NCBI GenBank assembly: GCA_963744145.1
Contig: CAVUSO010000001.1
Span: 6,720,001-6,784,000 of the forward strand
From: an uncultured cyanobacterium
Lineage (GTDB): Bacteria > Cyanobacteriota > Cyanobacteriia > Cyanobacteriales > CAWUOF01
Direction of reading: 5' to 3'
Length of the DNA: 64,000 nt
In this document: piece after piece, positions 62,130 to 64,000 of the stretch
Numbering within the stretch: the stretch's first letter is position 1
How the letters are laid out: each line of letters opens with the position of its first letter
Position numbers and translations under genes: made by a program
The notes under the pieces: generated by a model
What the model was told of the DNA's origin: nothing
Seen by the model: only the letters and a program-made list of their open reading frames with translations
The model's database searches: none

Positions 62130-62591
62130 ATGGTGAAAATTTCCGCTTTAGGGTTAGATATAGGCTCGAAAAGGATTGGAGTGGCTGGTTGTGATGGCAC
62201 TGGTTTAATTGCCAGTGGTGTGACTACAATCGAACATAGATCCTTTGGGCAAACCGTAGCTCAATTAGAAAAAATTGTGCAAGAGCGTCAAGTCCAAGTT
62301 TTGGTAGTGGGATTACCCTATACCCTGACAGGTGAGATCGGCTCCCAAGCTCGAAAAGTCCAAAAATTTGCCAATTATCTGGCTCAAGCATTAAAATTAC
62401 CACTTGAGTATATAGATGAACGATTAACTTCCTTTCAAGCCCAGGAACTGATGAAAGCGGCCAAAATTTCTCCTTCACGTCATAAAGAGATGATTGACCG
62501 AAAAGCAGCAGCTTTGATTTTACAGCAGTGGTTAGATACCCGTCGAGAAATTAGGACAAAAGAGTCTCGTTCTGAGCCATTATGGCCCTAA
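62130..62591 (+). CDS. ruvX: Holliday junction resolvase-like protein RuvX/YqgF
   Basis: LGLDIGSKRIGVA, VVGLP, DERLTS, IDRKAAALILQ. Confidence 0.95.
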   Translation: MVKISALGLDIGSKRIGVAGCDGTGLIASGVTTIEHRSFGQTVAQLEKIVQERQVQVLVVGLPYTLTGEIGSQARKVQKFANYLAQALKLPLEYIDERLTSFQAQELMKAAKISPSRHKEMIDRKAAALILQQWLDTRREIRTKESRSEPLWP

Positions 62592-62693
62592 GATGAGCAA
62601 TATCGGTAAATATATTTTTCCAAACTATGTAAAATCCTTGCAGAATTGAAGTAGGATTGCCAAGTTAAGCATGGATGGTAAATAACCAAACAG

Positions 62694-63266
62694 ATGGATA
62701 AACAGGACATGAAACGGGATGCGCCGATAGTAACCTTGAAAGATGAAGCAGGGCTCAGTTTAAGTTGTTATATCGAACATTCCTTAGAGGTAGAAGGCAA
62801 AGAATACGTTCTACTACTTCCGGTTGACGCAACAGTAGAAATTTTTGCCTGGGATGTTGATGAGGAAACTCAATCAGATGATGAAGTTTTAGTAGATCTG
62901 GAAGATGAAGAGCTAAATGAAATTTTTCCAACTGCACGCGCTGTTTTAGAAGAACAAAATCTAGCTTTGCATCATACCGCCTTGACCCTAACGGTTACTG
63001 GGGAAATTCCTGAACATGACGAAGAAGATATCCTCACTTTAGACATAAATGATGATGATGATGATGATGAACGAGAACCAGAACAATTTCAGTTGCTGGC
63101 AAATTTTTATCATAAAGATCGGGAATATGCTATCTATACCCCTTTAGATCCATTACTCTTCTTTGCTCAAATGAATGAATTAGGGCAACCCGAATTACTT
63201 TCGCCAGAAGAATTTCAAAAAATCCGACCGACGCTAGAAGATCGGCTCTTTGATGAAATGGACTAG
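62694..63266 (+). CDS. DUF3727/DUF1292-family acidic protein
   Basis: CYIEHSLEV, YVLLLPVD, YAIYTPLDP; conserved ruvX-DUF3727-mltG order. Confidence 0.8.
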   Translation: MDKQDMKRDAPIVTLKDEAGLSLSCYIEHSLEVEGKEYVLLLPVDATVEIFAWDVDEETQSDDEVLVDLEDEELNEIFPTARAVLEEQNLALHHTALTLTVTGEIPEHDEEDILTLDINDDDDDDEREPEQFQLLANFYHKDREYAIYTPLDPLLFFAQMNELGQPELLSPEEFQKIRPTLEDRLFDEMD

Positions 63267-63382
63267 GCAGAACTTATTCATTATTCATTGTTCATTGTTC
63301 GCTGTTGATGGTAGTTACCTCCATGAACTTGGAACAATGAACTCCGAATGATGCAATCAGTAGGCTGGATTGATGACCAAAT

Positions 63383-64000
63383 ATGAATCGTATTTCTAAG
63401 TGGTTGTTTTATTTAATTTTATGTTCACTCTTGCTGGGAATTAGTACCTGGCAAGGATGGGCTTGGTGGAGTTGGGCGAGTGCGCCGATTTTGGCAACAT
63501 CAACAGCAACCCCCAATTTGACCAAAGCTGTGGAAATTAAAATTCCCCAGGGAACTTCGGCCCAGCAAATTGGTAGAGATTTAGAAACTGTTGGTTTAAT
63601 TCGTTCGAGTTTTGCATGGAATTTGTGGGCGAGATGGTTAGCCATTAAAGATACTCAGGGAGGTTTTAAAGCAGGTACTTATCAGTTATCCCCCAATCAA
63701 TCACTTGATGCGATCGCGAGGAAAATTTGGCTGGGTGATGTGGTGCAAACCAGTTTTACGATCCCAGAAGGATGGTCACTGCGAGAAATGGCTGCTTATT
63801 TCGAGTCTTTGGGCTTTTTTAAAGCTGATGAATTTATTGCAGTAGCTAGTCAAGTCCCTCAAGCTCAATTTCCTTGGTTGCCCGCTGGTTTGCCTCATTT
63901 AGAAGGCTTTTTATTTCCCGATACTTATCAGCTTGTGAGTACCCAAATTACACCTCAAGCTGTGGTCAAACAAATGTTAGAACGGTTTGAACAAGTGGCT
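63383..64000 (+). CDS. mltG: Endolytic transglycosylase MltG (partial, runs off the window)
   Basis: N-terminal TM, IKIPQGTSAQQIG, FKAGTYQLS, TIPEGWS, LEGFLFPDTY. Confidence 0.93.
   Translation, partial: MNRISKWLFYLILCSLLLGISTWQGWAWWSWASAPILATSTATPNLTKAVEIKIPQGTSAQQIGRDLETVGLIRSSFAWNLWARWLAIKDTQGGFKAGTYQLSPNQSLDAIARKIWLGDVVQTSFTIPEGWSLREMAAYFESLGFFKADEFIAVASQVPQAQFPWLPAGLPHLEGFLFPDTYQLVSTQITPQAVVKQMLERFEQVA

Noticed and set aside
63273..63307. Short heptamer run TT(A/G)TTCA after the DUF3727 gene
   Set aside because: An ordinary STRR-like cyanobacterial heptamer repeat with no further structure

Overview
64-kb chromosomal window from an AT-rich cyanobacterium (dense HIP1 GCGATCGC octamers, chlB, cyanobacterial-type pilMNOQ, panC-cmk fusion). 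The housekeeping backbone is pilMNOQ, mutS, pgl, chlB, glgP, rnhA, tRNA-Val(CAC), radC, ureEFG, panC-cmk, rlpA, purM, ruvX and mltG. It is interrupted by two accessory zones (about 10.7-22.7 kb and 41.5-54.6 kb) rich in signalling and conflict-type genes and small mobile repeats. The best candidate for an undescribed system is a 1365-aa protein with three cytoplasmic TIR domains, one transmembrane helix and 14 near-identical 126-bp WD40 repeats that vary mostly at a few positions, i.e. a Toll-like-receptor-like topology with a diversifying sensor. A decayed sibling (STAND NTPase-TM-WD40) carries two inverted MITE insertions and a collapsed repeat array. Also notable: MITEs in which terminal-repeat shells and REP-hairpin cargos are interchangeable, an adenylate cyclase paired with a CyaB1-like cNMP-binding GAF protein, a perfect CRP box before a diguanylate cyclase, and a CdgR/ComFB homologue with an extra domain. 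Several conserved genes have single-base frameshifts that look like assembly errors. All domain calls come from motif recognition by eye, not from database searches.
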